From assembly GCA_022646745.1 (NCBI GenBank), contig CP060262.1:570001-602000 (forward strand): a stretch of DNA of 32,000 bases. The letters run 5' to 3'. Source of the DNA: Planctomycetales bacterium. Lineage in GTDB: Bacteria > 4484-113 > JAFGCY01. The translations under genes were made by a program, and so were the position numbers. Below, in pieces: positions 31,895 to 32,000 of the stretch (position 1 is its first letter; every line of letters starts with the position of its first letter). The notes under the pieces are model-generated. The model ran no database searches, was not told the origin of the DNA, and saw only the letters and a list, made by a program, of their open reading frames with translations.

Positions 31895-31900
31895 ATTGTA
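31895..31900 (-). promoter_or_regulatory. -10 hexamer TACAAT, 6 nt upstream of GTG 31888 (leaderless-type)
   Basis: The minus strand reads TACAAT-ATCTCT-GTG with no SD. Confidence 0.5.
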
Positions 31901-31922
31901 GGCGCGGGAAGCGGATGCTTGT

Positions 31923-31928
31923 TACAAT
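31923..31928 (+). promoter_or_regulatory. -10 hexamer TACAAT for the partial plus-strand gene
   Basis: It lies 30 nt upstream of the ATG at 31959, with GGGGAGAAG between them. Confidence 0.3.
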
Positions 31929-31958
31929 CAGCTTGCTACTGGCACTGGGGAGAAGCCG

Positions 31959-32000
31959 ATGTCGAAACTGTTCCTGATTGCATTGCTATCTGTCGTCTGC
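31959..32000 (+). CDS. N-terminus of a secreted or membrane protein (truncated by the window end)
   Basis: ATG preceded by GGAG at 6 nt. The first 14 codons, MSKLFLIALLSVVC, look like a signal peptide. Confidence 0.45.
   Translation, partial: MSKLFLIALLSVVC

Noticed and set aside
1-32000. Known anti-phage defence or toxin-antitoxin modules, restriction-modification, retrons, DGRs and prophage genes.
   Set aside because: I could not recognise nuclease, helicase, ATPase, reverse-transcriptase, methylase-pair or phage structural signatures in any supported ORF. DUF1643 and the adjacent 86-aa protein are unknowns, and I have no basis to assign them a defence role.

Overview
GC-rich bacterial chromosomal segment (about 60% GC by eye). 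It looks like a diderm: many lipoboxes, a beta-barrel protein ending in WEF, a secretin-type N0 domain and an RseB-like protein. I support about 38 protein-coding genes and see no rRNA, tRNA, CRISPR array, transposase or integrase. All family names come from my own motif recognition, not from a search.

Layout:
- (1) 0.5-4.7 kb: a minus-strand ArsR-headed operon (ArsR, AHSA1/SRPBCC, DUF899, DUF1579, double AHSA1, VOC/PhnB-like, DoxX). Perfect palindromic operators lie in the divergent region shared with a SAM methyltransferase gene.
- (2) 5.4-7.2 kb: two small membrane proteins, a possible DinB-like protein and a receiver-like protein lacking the phospho-acceptor Asp.
- (3) 7.3-20.5 kb: the most unusual part, a same-strand island. 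It holds three tandem ~785-aa lipoprotein paralogues (novel-looking N-module, 2 Ig/PKD-like units, Asp-box beta-propeller), a low-GC 6-TM protein, a 637-aa lipoprotein with the same N-module plus PKD-like and PPC domains, and a 909-aa lipoprotein of 9 PKD repeats.
- (4) 20.6-32 kb: endonuclease IV-like and HExxH membrane peptidase genes; a lipoprotein; an AMIN plus secretin-N0 protein with no secretin pore; a secreted protein; tadA; a zinc-ribbon protein; a YqeG-type HAD phosphatase; an ECF sigma / anti-sigma / RseB-like operon; a DUF3187-like barrel with a 9-Cys cluster; a small protein; DUF1643.

A recurring signal runs across the window: a -10 hexamer (TATAAT, TAGAAT, TACAAT) sits exactly 6 nt upstream of GTG/ATG start codons that lack a Shine-Dalgarno, implying frequent leaderless mRNAs. 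I used this to refine several starts.
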